Assembly (NCBI GenBank): GCA_023231475.1
Contig: JALJEE010001698.1
Coordinates: forward strand, 1 to 53,584
Length of the DNA stretch: 53,584 nucleotides
Direction of reading: 5' to 3'
Source of the DNA: Seison nebaliae
Lineage: Eukaryota
The notes under the pieces were generated by a model. The model did not search any database and had not been told where the DNA came from. It was given only the letters and a program-made list of their open reading frames with translations. Shown piece after piece: positions 26,414-45,730 of the stretch. Position 1 is the first letter of the stretch; every line of letters begins with the position of its first letter. The position numbers and the translations under genes are program-made.

Positions 26414-29400
26414 CTGTTTATTATTTTTGTATGAAATAAAGAATTGTTGTTTTGATAATATTGCACCGGATAATTGGATTGATGGAAGATGAAACGTGTG
26501 TGTATATGTGTGTGTGTGTGGTGAGAAAGGAAGAGAAATATATGAAATTTAAAAGATGATTAATTGAAAAATGGTTAGGGAAAACAAATAAGACAAGTTG
26601 ATGAGGTTAAAATGGAAATTGGATGCAATCGATTTATTTGGGATTCCAAATCCGTTTCCCGATTTTCCTAATTTATAATAATCATAAACAGTAACAGATG
26701 CCTCTGTTGGTGTGATGAGATCAATTGTTGGTTGTCTTTTATACACTTCGGGATGTTGTCTTCGGATTAAATGAGGTATTCCCATTGGAATTTCATTCAA
26801 ATTAAAAGTATTCTGTTCAATGTTATCTAAAATGCAAACAGGTTAAGAGAAAACATGAGAATTAGATTACCATTAAATAAAACAATTATTAAAAGTTTTA
26901 GGAGAAATTTCTTTTTGACTTACGATTTTTACATTCTTTCTTACAATTCTTCATTTGTTTCATTTCTATCGGACATTCTTTTCCTCCATTCAATGGGAAA
27001 CTCTTAAAAACTCTCATTCGGAAAATGACACCGATCTCATTACAGGGTGCTGGACAATCAGACCATTCACTCCATTCAGTTACACGACAATCACGCTTCC
27101 CTAATAATTGTCCTCCCTCTAAACAATTATCTCTTTCAAATAAATTAAATTGAAAAGTTTTAACCATCTCCAAAAAATATTCCACAAACAGTTGAACATT
27201 CTTCCATAGAATAAAAATTATTTTCATTCGCGTTACATCCACTGTAAATGAATTGTTGACATTCGCCCTGTGTAGATGAGAAGAAGTATTTAGGAATAGT
27301 AGATTTACAACTTCCAATCTTCATTGGTTGTAAACAAATTCCTGAAGAAATTTAATTAGAAATAAAAACATTTTAAAGTATTATTTAAAAAAAAAAACGA
27401 TTTTTTAACTTTTCCGTCCATTTATTGTCATTGATCTCATTTCACATTCAGCTTTTATTCGATAAATGTCATTCCGAATCTGTTCATCGATCTGAGTAGA
27501 AGACGTGCAAGTTTGAGATTGGAGGAAATCTTCAGATTTCATTTTTGCATAATTATTACAACTTCTAATTCTATCATTAGAGTCCATATTCTTTATTTCA
27601 TAAAGGAATTTCCTCGATCTCGATCTCATTCCATTATAAGAAAGAAGACCAAATAATTTCTGATCAATAATTTCACGAATTCTTTCACATAATGGATCAG
27701 ATAATTCTCCTTCTGATATTATTCGTCTTAAAACTTGAATATTCTCTTTTCTTTTATTCAGTTGATCTTTCACTTCATTGTCTGGAAGACATATTGACCA
27801 TGAACTCCAAGAAGTTAACATACATTTCTTTTCTAACGACATTTCCGATATACAAGATTCATGAACACCGACACATGCTCGATATTCTCGAAGTCGTTGA
27901 ATACATCTGTTCGATCCGATGTCACGTCGACGTAACGGCGAAGAATTTCGATTAATGAATTGTCTCGTTCTCACTTGTTTTCCGGTTCCACATGACACCG
28001 AACAAACTGACCATTCCGACCAATTTGTCGTTTTACAATGTTCTGACGATTTGATTTTCCTCGTATAATTATGTCGAGCAACACTCAACATTCCACCTTT
28101 ATATCTTCCTTTATTCATTACTCGACGACTACGTAATCGAATCGGTTTCGCTGGACTCCCACTATTCGGACAATGAGCACCTCTTAAAATTTGTCGTTCA
28201 ATATGAACTCGTGCTACTGGCAATATCTCATCTCCACCTGCATTATGGAATGGAGATTGAACATTATTCGGATTATTTCCTGTTATTCTACTAATCGGTT
28301 CTTGTGGTAATGTTGGACTATCTTCACTCTACAAAATTATTTTAAAAGAAATTCATTCAAAAAAAAAGTGTTAACCATATAAGAAACGCCACTGTCTACA
28401 CCAGCATCATATGGATATAAATCTACTATCGCATTCTTTATCCAAGTACAATTCGATAGACATAAATCAAAATTGCTCAATCCTACCAATAAAAGGAAAT
28501 GGAAAATTTACATAAAAATTTATATATAAAATTTATTCTCCATTAGAATATGCAACTGCACAATTCTCTCTTAGACACTAACCAGATATCCAATCTGGTG
28601 ATGGACCGAACATAGACACGAAAGAGAGATAAGGATAATTTTTCACAGTGACGAAATCGAATGATGTCCGGCCATTATGTCGCGGCCACCATAGACCATC
28701 AGCAAAAACTATTTTACGAATTTGACCAAAACGTGACTAGAATAAGTAAACACAAGAGACAATAAAAAAAATTAATTTAATCATTTCTTACCTACAAACC
28801 AATCGGGACTCGGGTTTAAATGTGTTAGAAATGTCAACATGTTTTTTTGAGAATTCGAACTGAATAAAGCTTGTACCACTTGAGCTGGTGAATTTATTCT
28901 CAACGAAGCCGTTACTATTACGGTTCGGATCATTTTCGACTTAAAATTTTATTCACAAACAATTCAAACAGTTGTGGATTAGAGAAAATATTCAAATTGA
29001 CTAACATGATTCCGAAATTCATTTTCTAACGTTCGACTCATTCCATACATTGCTACTGCTTTTAATCCTGAAGATGCTAAATTTCCTTCTGACCAAATTT
29101 CATATTCAGGTGAATGTACTGCACCAATTAATGGTGACCAATGAATGGCTTGTTCAATTTCTGGATAATCTTTCGCATGTGTCATCTTTGACCATAAACC
29201 ATGGAAAGTCAAAGTATATTTGGCTTCACCACAAGCACAACATCTTTTCGCTTTTCTTTTCTTTTCAGCCTTTTGTCTTCGCTCCAATTGAAGTTGTTTA
29301 TATTCTGGAGAATCTAGACGAAATTTCAAATAGTTCAATCAACTAAATGGTGAATTTTTGAAACCTTTGAGACAGAGTTTCATTGTTAATCTCCCATCAT

Positions 29401-30068
29401 CCATGAACCATATATGATATCCTTGAACAACGGTAGCTCTTTGACAATAATGAGAAATTTGGAATTTGAAAAAATTCTAACTGAATTCGAACACAATTTG
29501 ATTTTAAATGTTCACGATCTGGCGCTTTCCAAATTAGGCTGATTGTTCTTTTTGCATTTTTATTCCGATGTAGAATGAGATTGGGACAAATTGGATGTCT
29601 CTTTGCTATATCATCATTGATAATCTGAAAATTTATTCAAAAACTTCTTTTACACTTTATATTATATAAAAACCTAACATAAAAGTTTCCCATTGCTGAA
29701 CCAGGTTTTATCGATGTCGTTGGATGGTAATTATCAGGAACAGCAACTACAGCGAATTGTTGAATACTTATAACAATATCTTCATTGTAAATTTTTGGAG
29801 CGTTTAGTGATACTGAAAGAGAAATATTTTGAAAGGAAAAAAGAAGAAAAGTAGAACATGTATAAGTTGCTCCCAATTCGAAATATTTGTTTTCGTCTAA
29901 TAATTTCAAATAGAATCCGTTGTCTCCCGAATGTTTTACATTTCGGAATTTGGCAGGAATCCGTTGACATGTCTTCAAATCGAAACCATTATTGCCATTA
30001 ACGAGTATGATTGTGATAGTTTGGATGAGTAAGAAGAATAAGTAAATTGTATAATTGGAGAATATCAT
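26238..30068 (-). CDS. SPON1: F-spondin (spondin-1-like): signal peptide, Reeler, Spondin_N, TSP1 repeats, Kunitz; alternatively spliced
   Basis: Spliced frame gives GDNGF, IWKAP, CCACGEAKY.LTF.GLWS..TH.KDYP, PSPDW, YPYDAGVDSG, WSEWS.CS.SCG.G...RTR, and a Kunitz domain CLQPMKIGSC...FIYSGC..NENNF...EEC...C. Confidence 0.92.
26496..26520. repeat. Imperfect (GT)n/(CA)n microsatellite between the two spondin terminal exons
   Basis: gtgtgtgtatatgtgtgtgtgtgtg. Confidence 0.85.
26549..26826 (-). other. F-spondin proximal terminal exon with hydrophobic, GPI-signal-like C-terminus
   Basis: cattttag| acceptor is in phase with the GTAAGT donor at 26923; the frame ends ...SIASNFHFNLINLSYLFSLTIFQLIIF*. 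Confidence 0.7.
28583..28736 (-). other. F-spondin mutually exclusive exon B (154 nt, phase 0 to 1)
   Basis: ttctag|SRFGQIRKIV...LSFVSMFGPSPDWIS-G|gttagt. Confidence 0.85.
28792..28939 (-). other. F-spondin mutually exclusive exon A (148 nt, phase 0 to 1)
   Basis: ttttaag|SKMIRTVIV...LTFLTHLNPSPDWFV-G|gtaag. Confidence 0.8.
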
Positions 30069-31070
30069 GATCTAAATGACCTTACGTTAGATAAGAAAAT
30101 TGGAAGATAAGAAAATTAATAATTTCCACCAAATTGACTTCATATGAGATAAAATGTTGAGGAGAGAAGGACAGGAAAAGAAGGAAGAAAGATTTCTTTA
30201 TTTTATAGATATTAGATCAAGTTGAGCAAACGTATTTTATATCAGTTGATACTGTCAGGTAAATATTAGATTATTATCATTGTGATAGAGAATGACAGAT
30301 GAGGAAAGTAGTGCCAAATCATTATACCTCATTCATAGAGATGATAGAGAACATCTTTTGAATGAAGTTGAATACCTTACTAAACAATCGTTATATGGTT
30401 GTGCATCAGATATACATTGAGAGTATCTAGAATTTGAGATGATATCTATCTCGATTGACTCACTCTCATATAATTACTTCATATAATTACCTCGTAATAA
30501 AAGTTATCTTCTGTTGAAAGATGGATTTGGTGGAAATCTTTTGTTGTGGCTGGAAGGTGCAGAATCAAATTAAATAATCTTTCGATCCTACTACTTGGAA
30601 TGATGACGATTAATGTTGGAAGAGATGAAACAATCTCATAATTTCTATACGTGGTGGTACTCTATGACAGTGCATAAGAATCTATTGAGTGAAATCGATT
30701 AAATTGTCCAAATAAAAGAATGATTATTATTATGATTGTGGGAGTAATTTCATCTGATTTATCTACATTTCACTTAATACAATACATATCACAATTCACA
30801 TAAGCAATGAGCATCTAATGAAAACATAGGAAGATCGGCTTCTTTCTCTGGTTCCATATCTCCCACTCCACTTTTAACTTCGACTGTTTTCTTTTCCATT
30901 CCCACATTCCACATAACTCTTCTTTTTCACTCGACCACTAACATATTCTTTTAATCGTGCACAATAATCTAAGGAAGTGATTGGAATGGCAAAGGATGTT
31001 CTAATCGATAAAGAAAAAGGAAGAGAAATATTATGAGAGAAATATAATGTATAGATTGTACAATATCTAC

Positions 31071-31106
31071 TCTTCTATTCTATTCTATTTTGTTCTATTC
31101 TATTCT
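31071..31106. repeat. (TTCTA)n pentanucleotide microsatellite, imperfect
   Basis: tcttctattctattctattttgttctattctattct. Confidence 0.8.
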
Positions 31107-34100
31107 AATCACTTCTCTCATTCTTATAATTATTGATTTCCATTAAATAAGTTTGAGGGAAGAAGATAGGATAGTTTTGATAGGAGCAGTAACTATTCCG
31201 TCGCTTATCGTTGGGGAAGACCATTAGGAATCAATATTAATTGAATCAACCAAATTAACTTTTTTTTTATTGAATTTCTTTCACTTACTTCTTCTCTTAC
31301 TTCTTCGATCCTTAAACCATTCCTTATCTGCATCATTCCATCATCTTGTAACATATCGATTTTAATGACTAATGTAGGTTCAAAAGAATCTATTTCCATC
31401 CTGCGAATGGCGAAGCAGAAAGATTTCCAGACATTCCTACTTCTGTGCAAGGTTATCACACAAGAATAATCTATCATTCTGGCATTCTCTGTATTTAAAA
31501 GTTATTATTTCTTAATGTTTAGTCTTCAGTTGAAAGGTGTATGTAGAAGTGAGTTGAGCATAACATCATACAAAAAAAGAAAAATTATCAGGAACTCTAT
31601 CAATAATATGTTTCTTTTTCAATTATTCAACTATTTATAACGTTTGTTTATTGTTCATCAGATTTCTGTCAAACTTTCATTCTCATTAAAATTAAGATAG
31701 TGACGAGGAGAAAAAAAAACATATAAACATACAAATTGTCTGATAGAAATATTTTTGCTGCTATAAAAATTGTTTTTTTTAAATTATCTCAAACTCTTGA
31801 AACTTCAAGAAACATCAAACATCATTTTTGCCCTTAGAGCACAACAATATGATGGTAGATAATTATTGATTGGAAAGTTATTGTGACAGTTTTGTTCACG
31901 AAATCATCGAGGAAAACAATAGAATGGAAAGATTGAAATAAGAATATGAAAACTCTTAGGAAAAGTGATTTTTTGGTTAGCACATGTTTGAAATTTTAAA
32001 GGAAATAAGAACATTTGGTTTATTGCGAATCTCTGATGAATTCGATATATCATCACCTGCAAAATTGATTGTGGTGAATAATAATAATTCTTTTTTTTCT
32101 GAAAGATTCGATGGAATTGTGCACGAAATTGGTATTTACTTTCGACTTTGTTGGAAAAGTTATTTTTAATTTTAGAGCAGTAATCGATCGATCGATCAAT
32201 CAATACCTTTCCTACTTAATCTTATTCGTTCATTATATTACATACGTATGAAGTTCCGCACCTGCACCTTTTACATTAGAGGGAGACATTTCAAATCTAT
32301 TTGTTCGCGCTCTTGCTTGATAATAACCTGTCAACACGAGATATATTCAAATACATCACATTGTTTCCTGCAAACACCGAACAAAACGACTATAAATAAT
32401 AGTATATTGGTAAGAGGAAAAGAATATTTGATGTGAATAATTAAATGAATGTATTGAGCGAATGGAGAAATTGAGTGAAAATTTCAGATTATTCCTGATG
32501 AATTAGAACAAAAAAAATATTTAAAAAAAAAGATCGATTAATAATAGATTTGTTAAAGATTACAGGAAATGGTAAATTCATTGAAAAGAAATTGAGACTT
32601 CTCAAAATGAATTTTCTAATTGAATTTCAGAAAAATGAAAAAAAAAATTTTTTGGTTCTTCAGTCAGAAAAAACTTCAAAAGTAACTTCAATTTCTTTTA
32701 CAACGTAAAGTCGACATTGAATTCAAGAATTATCAGAATATCATTTAAGGAAGTTGATAAGCGGAAAATGAAATGATTAGTTTTCTTTTCAATAACTTTA
32801 TTTGAATGCCAGACAGAATATGATGTGTAACATTACCAATGGAAATTAATTGAGAGTAACATCAAATATTATTCTTATATCATCAGGTCCGATATATGTC
32901 GAGATTGGAGAGTTCTGTGGACTTACAATGAGATTGAATGTTGGGAAAAGGCAGATCAATGGAAGTAAATGTACAATCGTCATATTTTATACCGGATATT
33001 ATTTCGCGTTCTTCGTTTTTATCTACTTTGCTGATTTATGGTCGTTAAGGAATTGGAAGAGAAAAGTCTGTTGTTGCTCTCCTGTTTCTCCAAAAAAACT
33101 TTTTTCTTCAATTTACACATCAACCCTTTTTCTCAAAGAACGCACACGTATTGCTCATTTTGAAGTTATGTAGGAGGATATAGTTGAGGCATCTATCTTC
33201 TACGGGAAGCAAGAAGGAGGAGAATTGTATTACCGGATATTACTGGCAAACAAAAAATGTATTGACCGTTTTTTGCATGTTCCTCTATACCATTTTATGA
33301 GATAATTATGATTGTTGGAAGAATAGTTTGTTCATTATTTCTTTAGAAATCCTTCTAATTATAATTGAAAGAAATTTGAATGATGTGAGGAAATTATTTA
33401 AGTTATTTAATCACTGTACGACTTGACATAAATTTTCTATATAAGAATTAACTGAAATTAAAAATTGTTGGAACATATTAACATTGAACGATAATTTAAT
33501 TTCATGCATATCATTATTGAATAATGACCACGTGATATTTAATTGTCAAATGTTAATGATGGAAATAAAATTGAAAAGTTTTCAATGAATGGGATTATCT
33601 CATATTGGAATATATCAAATATCTACAAATTGATAATACGTAAAGATTTTTGAGATATATTAATTATATTTTAATTTTACATTCAAGAAAGTGAACGTAT
33701 GTTCCTTTCAATGTGATGATTGAAAACATCGATGATTCAGTTAAATAATTATATTATCAATGACAATTAGCGTAACATTACTTTTTTGAAATATATTTTT
33801 CTGATTACTTTTTTAGTCTGATTTAGTGAGATGAAAATTCGTCTCATTTTTATTAGTCATTTCAACAGGAAATTTATTAGATTAGGTAACAAAATCTGAA
33901 TAGTCATTGACGATATTACCCAATTTTTTCATATCATGAATTTTCCATTAAAAATTCCCAAGTAAATCGTACAATATTCTCTAGTTAATGATGAACACAT
34001 CGCTAATCTGAGATAGTGTAACTGGTGAAGGGATCAAGGATCGACTGACGTGAGTTGTCGAAAAGAAATTTTTTTTATTAGAATATAGAATATAAATATT

Positions 34101-34144
34101 TGAATAGAAGGACGACAACTGTTATAATAATGAGAGAAAATCAA

Positions 34145-37100
34145 TCAGTGTAAGTCATCAAAATAATCGGAGCTAGGTGTCAATTTGTCGTCAGATGATA
34201 CGAGAATAGTTGCATCACTTACTTCTGATATACTTCTGCGTCGATCATCTTTGATGTTGTTGGAATAGTTGAGTTGATGAGGTAGAGATAACGAATCGAC
34301 AAATTTCGAATCGATGTTAATATTCGAATCGATAAATGTTGCTCGACTTTGTTGTAGTGTTGACGCGACAAATGACTCTTCAGTTATGACGGATAGAGGC
34401 GAATGTTGTAACATTACCAATTGATATTGAATGTTGGATGGTAATTGTTGATAGCCTTCTCCGTTTATCACATTCTCATTTGTCAAATCAGACAGTTGTT
34501 CTATATGATTCTCATTCGATTTATTTATTTCATTCCAATTCATTTGTTTATCGATGTAATGATATGCTGAAGGTGATGGAGGAGGTACATTTATGACGAT
34601 ACTTCTATTCAATTTTTCTTTTGATGATTGTTCTTTCATCCATCTCTGATTCTCATCCATATCGTTATCACTTCGACTTTTAAGTCGATTCTCATAACGA
34701 TCAGTCAATTGTTTTCTTTCAATTTTCAAACTATAATTATATAATTGTGAATGTTTTTCTAATTTTCTTTCATTATTCTCTTTCACTAAATTCACGTCTT
34801 CGTCTTTCAATTCATCCGTATAATAGAACGATGGTAATATTTGTTTCTTTTCTGAATTCTTCGATAATAATCTCTTTTTGAAACAAGACAATTTCTCTGA
34901 TACTGAAGGAGAAAAATTAAAATTTCTTATATGATTCAATTCCATATTCTTCTCCGGTTTCTTATATGGAATAATTGGTATCGTCGTTAAACGATAATGT
35001 GAAATTGTGGGATATGTACAAGACGCTCTCTTCTGTTGTTGTTGTTGTTGTGAATCGGTGTCGATGATTGAACAGTCACTCGTTGATTTGGATAAAACTT
35101 TCAATTGTTTATCATCAATCCGTTTGGAAGTGAAAATATTTTCTAAAGAAAAACTATTTTTTAATTTCGTCAAAGTATTCTTCGATTTCGATGATTTATT
35201 TTCATCGATTGTTATTGTTGTTGGTTTCATAATATCGATATTCTTATCGGTTTTCATTCGATCATAAATCTCCATTAACAACATATCTTCCACAGCATCT
35301 ACTGATTGACATTTCTTTAAAATAGAATTCGGTTTCTTATAATCAATTTCGTTCGATTTCTTCAAAGTTTCCAATAAATAATTTTGATCGAAAATTGAAT
35401 ATTTATTTATTTGATTCTTTTTCGATAAATTCAACAATTTTTCGGCTGTATCCATCATACTTTCTGATTTATTTGGATTAATCGAATGAATTAACCAATT
35501 ATCATCTTTTGATTTTATTTTCGAATGATCGTCACATGGTGAAATATCTGTCAATGTTCCAGAAGTTAATATGGCTTGATTCTTATTCAATTCATCAATT
35601 GCATTTCGAATATTATTGTCTAATAAATTCTGATTAAATAATTTAGTTAAAGTTGAATTAGATGAAGAATTTGATGTTTCCGATTTCGTTCTCACTTCAG
35701 ATAATTGACATTCCGCCGAACTTGACCATAACGAACTTTTCTTTAAATTCTTCTTGATGAAAGTAAAAGATCCATTCGTAAATTTTTCAGTTAAATAATT
35801 TTTCGGTTTAGTAAAATCCAAATAATTGATGGATGAACTACATGAGAAATATCGTTTATGATAAACGATAAATCCTAAAAGACCAAGAAGTATCGTGGTG
35901 AAGATTATTCCACATAGAATTAAAACCAAATCAGAAATCTATTTAGATTAATTGAATTTAAATTTGAAATTAAAAAGAAAATTATTAACAGAATTTTTAA
36001 GAAACATTTTCTCTTTTACTTTCTTCGTTTGTTGTAACGATATTCGCAATTGATCCGTTTGTCGATCAGCTCTTTCAATCAGTGGCGTCGTGAACAATTC
36101 TTTTTTCGAGTCTAATCGTTTTCTTGGTAATTTCTTCACTTTTGTTGTTGATGTTGTCAATTTGATATAATTCTCATTATTATTATTATTCTTCAATTTA
36201 GAATGAAATTCATAATTGTAATGTAAATTTGAAAATTTCTTAAAATTATTCACTTTCGTTTTCATTGGAATGAAATTTGTTGTTGTGGTAGTTATTGGAA
36301 GATTTGAAGTTTTTTTCATTCTCTTTTCAGGTTTTATCAAACTAGTTGCTGTTATTGTTGTTGTTCGTGGAAGAATATTTCCAAATATTTCAGCCAAACC
36401 ATATAATAATCCTGATGAATTGATTGTAGTTTTCTGCCAATAATTCTTCTTCATTTTTGTAGTTTTTGTAGTTGATGAATGAAATAGTTTCGTCGTTGTC
36501 AAATTGGTTAATTTGGGAAAGATTTGATAATTATTTTGTCCAATATTGAAAATATCGAGAAATCTTCTTGGCAACAATTTCATTTGAATAAATTCATCAG
36601 CCAATGCACCATTCTTTAACATTAAATTCTGAGAATTAACTTTCAAACTTTTATTCAACATCACCGATGGAGTTACAATGGGTGCATCTAAAACGATTTC
36701 TTGTTTTTGCAATAATCGATTCTCTACTTGTTGCCACAACTCTAAAAATGGATAATTATTTTGAAAATTAAATGTGAAATTTAAAATAATTTAACTTTTA
36801 TCAATACAACTAATATAAATATTCATTACACTGAATAGATGATGCATCTCTAAATTTCGACATTTATTTTCATTCTTTCTTCCTTTCTTTCGTTTGTCTG
36901 ATTGAACTTTACTTGATTTTATTTCACGAATGATTTTAATAACTTTCTTTCGATAGTCTTGTATCTTATTCCTTAATAATTCTATCACAACTTTCTTATT
37001 AACTGAATTTGTTGGAAATTTCGTTCTATAGTTTTGAGATTTAAAATTCTCAATCGTATTCTTTAATCGAACAATCGATTGAAGTGTTCTCCTTAATAGG

Positions 37101-37669
37101 CTCATTCGATCAGAATTTAAATATTTCATCGAATTCATCGTGTAATTATTTAATCGATAATTTTCACTACGACGTTCGATGGGAAGTAATCGTGGTAGAA
37201 CGCACATAACTTTCCCATTACAATAATGAAGAATTGAATCGAAACGTATTGCGCAATTCATATCAATCTCTCCACATTCATCATAGTTCTGATGAATTTG
37301 TGGACCGATTTTCACTGAAAGAATTACCAGAACATGATTCTTTCTTGTACAAATTAATGAAGTTCTGTGAGGTAGTTTTTTTGGTTTCTTATAAAAACTA
37401 TTTGGAATTGAACGTTTCTTTTGATTATGATGTGATATCGTATAGGAACCGGATTCTAAACAATATTTGATGGTTTGATAATATTTGAAGTTATTTATTG
37501 AATCACGATAGAAATTTAATCTTAACTGAGAAGAAATATTTTTTTGATCTTCGATATAATTCTGATAATTATTCTGTTCATTCGAATATGTTGTCGAATC
37601 GATATAAACTAAATTACGTTGTTGACTGAATTGAATGAAATAAGAAATGAGAAGAATTAGTAGAATCAT
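34145..37669 (-). CDS. Single-pass type I membrane protein with SUEL/Gal_Lectin-like ectodomain, Thr/Lys-rich stalk and long low-complexity cytoplasmic tail; 3 exons
   Basis: Signal peptide; Cys pattern C...LIC....LVILSVKIG...C...C...CNGKVMC...C...YISC; two GTT-AG introns join the three ORFs in frame; TM segment LVLILCGIIFTTILLGLLGFIVY followed by HKR. Confidence 0.7.
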
Positions 37670-40091
37670 ATTTTCGACTACTATTCATACGCATTCAATA
37701 ATATTAGTGTCGTTATCGAAGTCGATATAATTTGATTGTATAATTATCTGTCGATTCATTTGAAAGAGAAGTACTCTAGAAATTCATGAAAGGAAATTAG
37801 TAGATGAAGGAAGAAACTATTGGGATGATGATCAAATGATCAAAAGTCAATATGGATAATTGATGTTAGGAATTGAATGGGAAAAAAGTGGGTGATTGAT
37901 GAGAAAGATGATGATGTGAGTGAGAATTATCTAAATACCAGATGTGTTATTTGGGAGAAAGTGTAATTTGTAATCGAGAGTAACAATGTCAAAATAATTT
38001 TCTTCCGACATCCAACTAACAAGGAAGATCGAACTGATATCTCGAGATGACAATTTCATATTTATATGTAGATTTACCAATAAATCTAGCTGATTTTCAC
38101 GTTGGATCAATCTCCGTTTGTTACCAAATACGATTTCTCTATATAAGTCAACTGAACAAAGATTGACGAAATAACATAATGATGGGAATCCAAAAGAAAT
38201 TCTTCTCCAGAACAAGAGGAGACACTTTCACTTTATATAATCATATTCTCTTCGTCATTCCTCTTCTCCAATCTCTTCAATATCAAACGATATATAATAA
38301 ACATAAACTTGACTTGAAGTGTTTCTGTAATTTTATATGAAATGGTTGCAATTCAATCTTCATTCTCTCAACCAACATTGATTATGTCAATCTCATCAAT
38401 CAAACAATGGATCTCCCCCGTCGAAGGAGTTTAATAGAAATATTTGAAGAAGGTTAATAGAATCCTCACAAACAAACAATAAATTGTCAATGGACGGAAA
38501 CGTATCTAACCCATAACCACCCACTTAACAGCCGAAAAGAAATTGTTAGTGAAACATCGAGAAAAATCGGAAGATATAGTGAAATTTCTTGTGGATGAAT
38601 CATCATCATCATCAACATTACCATCAACAACAGCCAACACAAAATATCGTCACTGTATATGAAATAATAAGAGAATAGAAGAGCTATCATTTATTCCAAA
38701 TCTATATCCATCGTCTTCCCAAATACAACTCTGGAAAATTGGATAGTTAAATAAAAATAATTATTAGTAAACGTTAAAGTAAACCAATTAAACGAGAGAA
38801 CAAATGTCGACCATATAAGATTTGGAGTGAAATCGAATATCGAGTCATCGAAATAAATAAATAAATAGTCATCATAAATAATCAATATTTATTGATTTAT
38901 CTATTGATGGGAAATCTTTTTGTAGGAAAATGATAAAATTTATTCAATTTTTCCTGTTTATTTATTATCTAATTATTGTTCATTTAATTAATGTGAATGA
39001 AAGAGGAAAAAGATTCAATTAAATATAATTACGTCGATCTTCAATCAATCGATTATCTGTTGAAATTTGTTGTGGAAGAGAAAGTTTCTCTCATCAAAAG
39101 ATTTGTTTTAAGATGTTAGAAAGAAATAAGAAACGTTTTGATGAACTTCTTTTAGTGGCTTGGTAAATCATTACAAATACACACACATACACGAGAAAGG
39201 TCGATATTTTATTTCCGATTTCGTTCCGATGATAACCTTTCAGTTTTAGAGATTCTCTTATATTCCTTTTCCACTCAATTGACAATGAGAAAAGTTAAAA
39301 TTTGTGACGGAGGTCCAAACGACCAAACGTTTTTTACAAATAATTTTATAATAAGAAACTCTCAAAATAAATTAAAAACGATGATTTCTTATCTAAAATT
39401 AATTTCTTCTCGCTTTAACCAGACAATTCATTTGGAATCGGAATGTGCTACGAAAATTTGAAGTGCGAAGTTATATCGAATACAAACGAATCAGGTCATT
39501 TAACCGAATAATATGAATTACATATTATGTTATTCTATCGAAGAAATATTGAAGATCAGTTGGATGTTGTTAGAAATTCAGTTTGATACAATGAAATACT
39601 TTTGAACGAAAAAATATCGTCAAATTTCTGATTTCCGTCAATTTAATAAAATTCAAATTTTTTTTCTTATTATTTCAATCAAGATAACATAAATATCTAT
39701 ATTGGTATTACTTATCATTACACTAGATAATAAATAAATTTATGATAATAATTTTGATATTGAAAAAAAAGATGGAAAAAAGATGATTCATCATTTTAGG
39801 AGTTATTGGATTATTTTCGGGATTGAGTTTAGATTCCATTGATCGAAGACACTCCACGAAGATTATTCCAAGCCTTTTTGATATAAATTAGAAGTTTCAG
39901 TTTTGAGTGAATGAGTCTCGATCATTAGGTATCAGATCATTCCAAAATTTTCCGAACTTTAAAAAAATTGAAATTTTCGAAATAATATGGAATGTGAGTA
40001 CTATAAAATAAGTTTATTTACAATAGAATTTTTCATACAATTTGAATAACATATATATAAGATAAAATTAGAGAAAAATTTTGGATGTCAT

Positions 40092-45730
<5,639 letters not shown>

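Noticed and set aside
27119..27164. Apparent GAG acceptor after the spondin Kunitz exon
   Set aside because: A TAG acceptor 12 nt further on keeps the frame and gives a normal 46-nt intron.
29814..29858. STFLLFSFQNISL segment in the spondin ORF as protein
   Set aside because: It is a 45-nt in-frame, stop-free GTT-AG intron.
30074..34140. Short ORFs in the long spacer upstream of spondin
   Set aside because: No recognisable domains or consistent exon chain; probably regulatory or UTR sequence.
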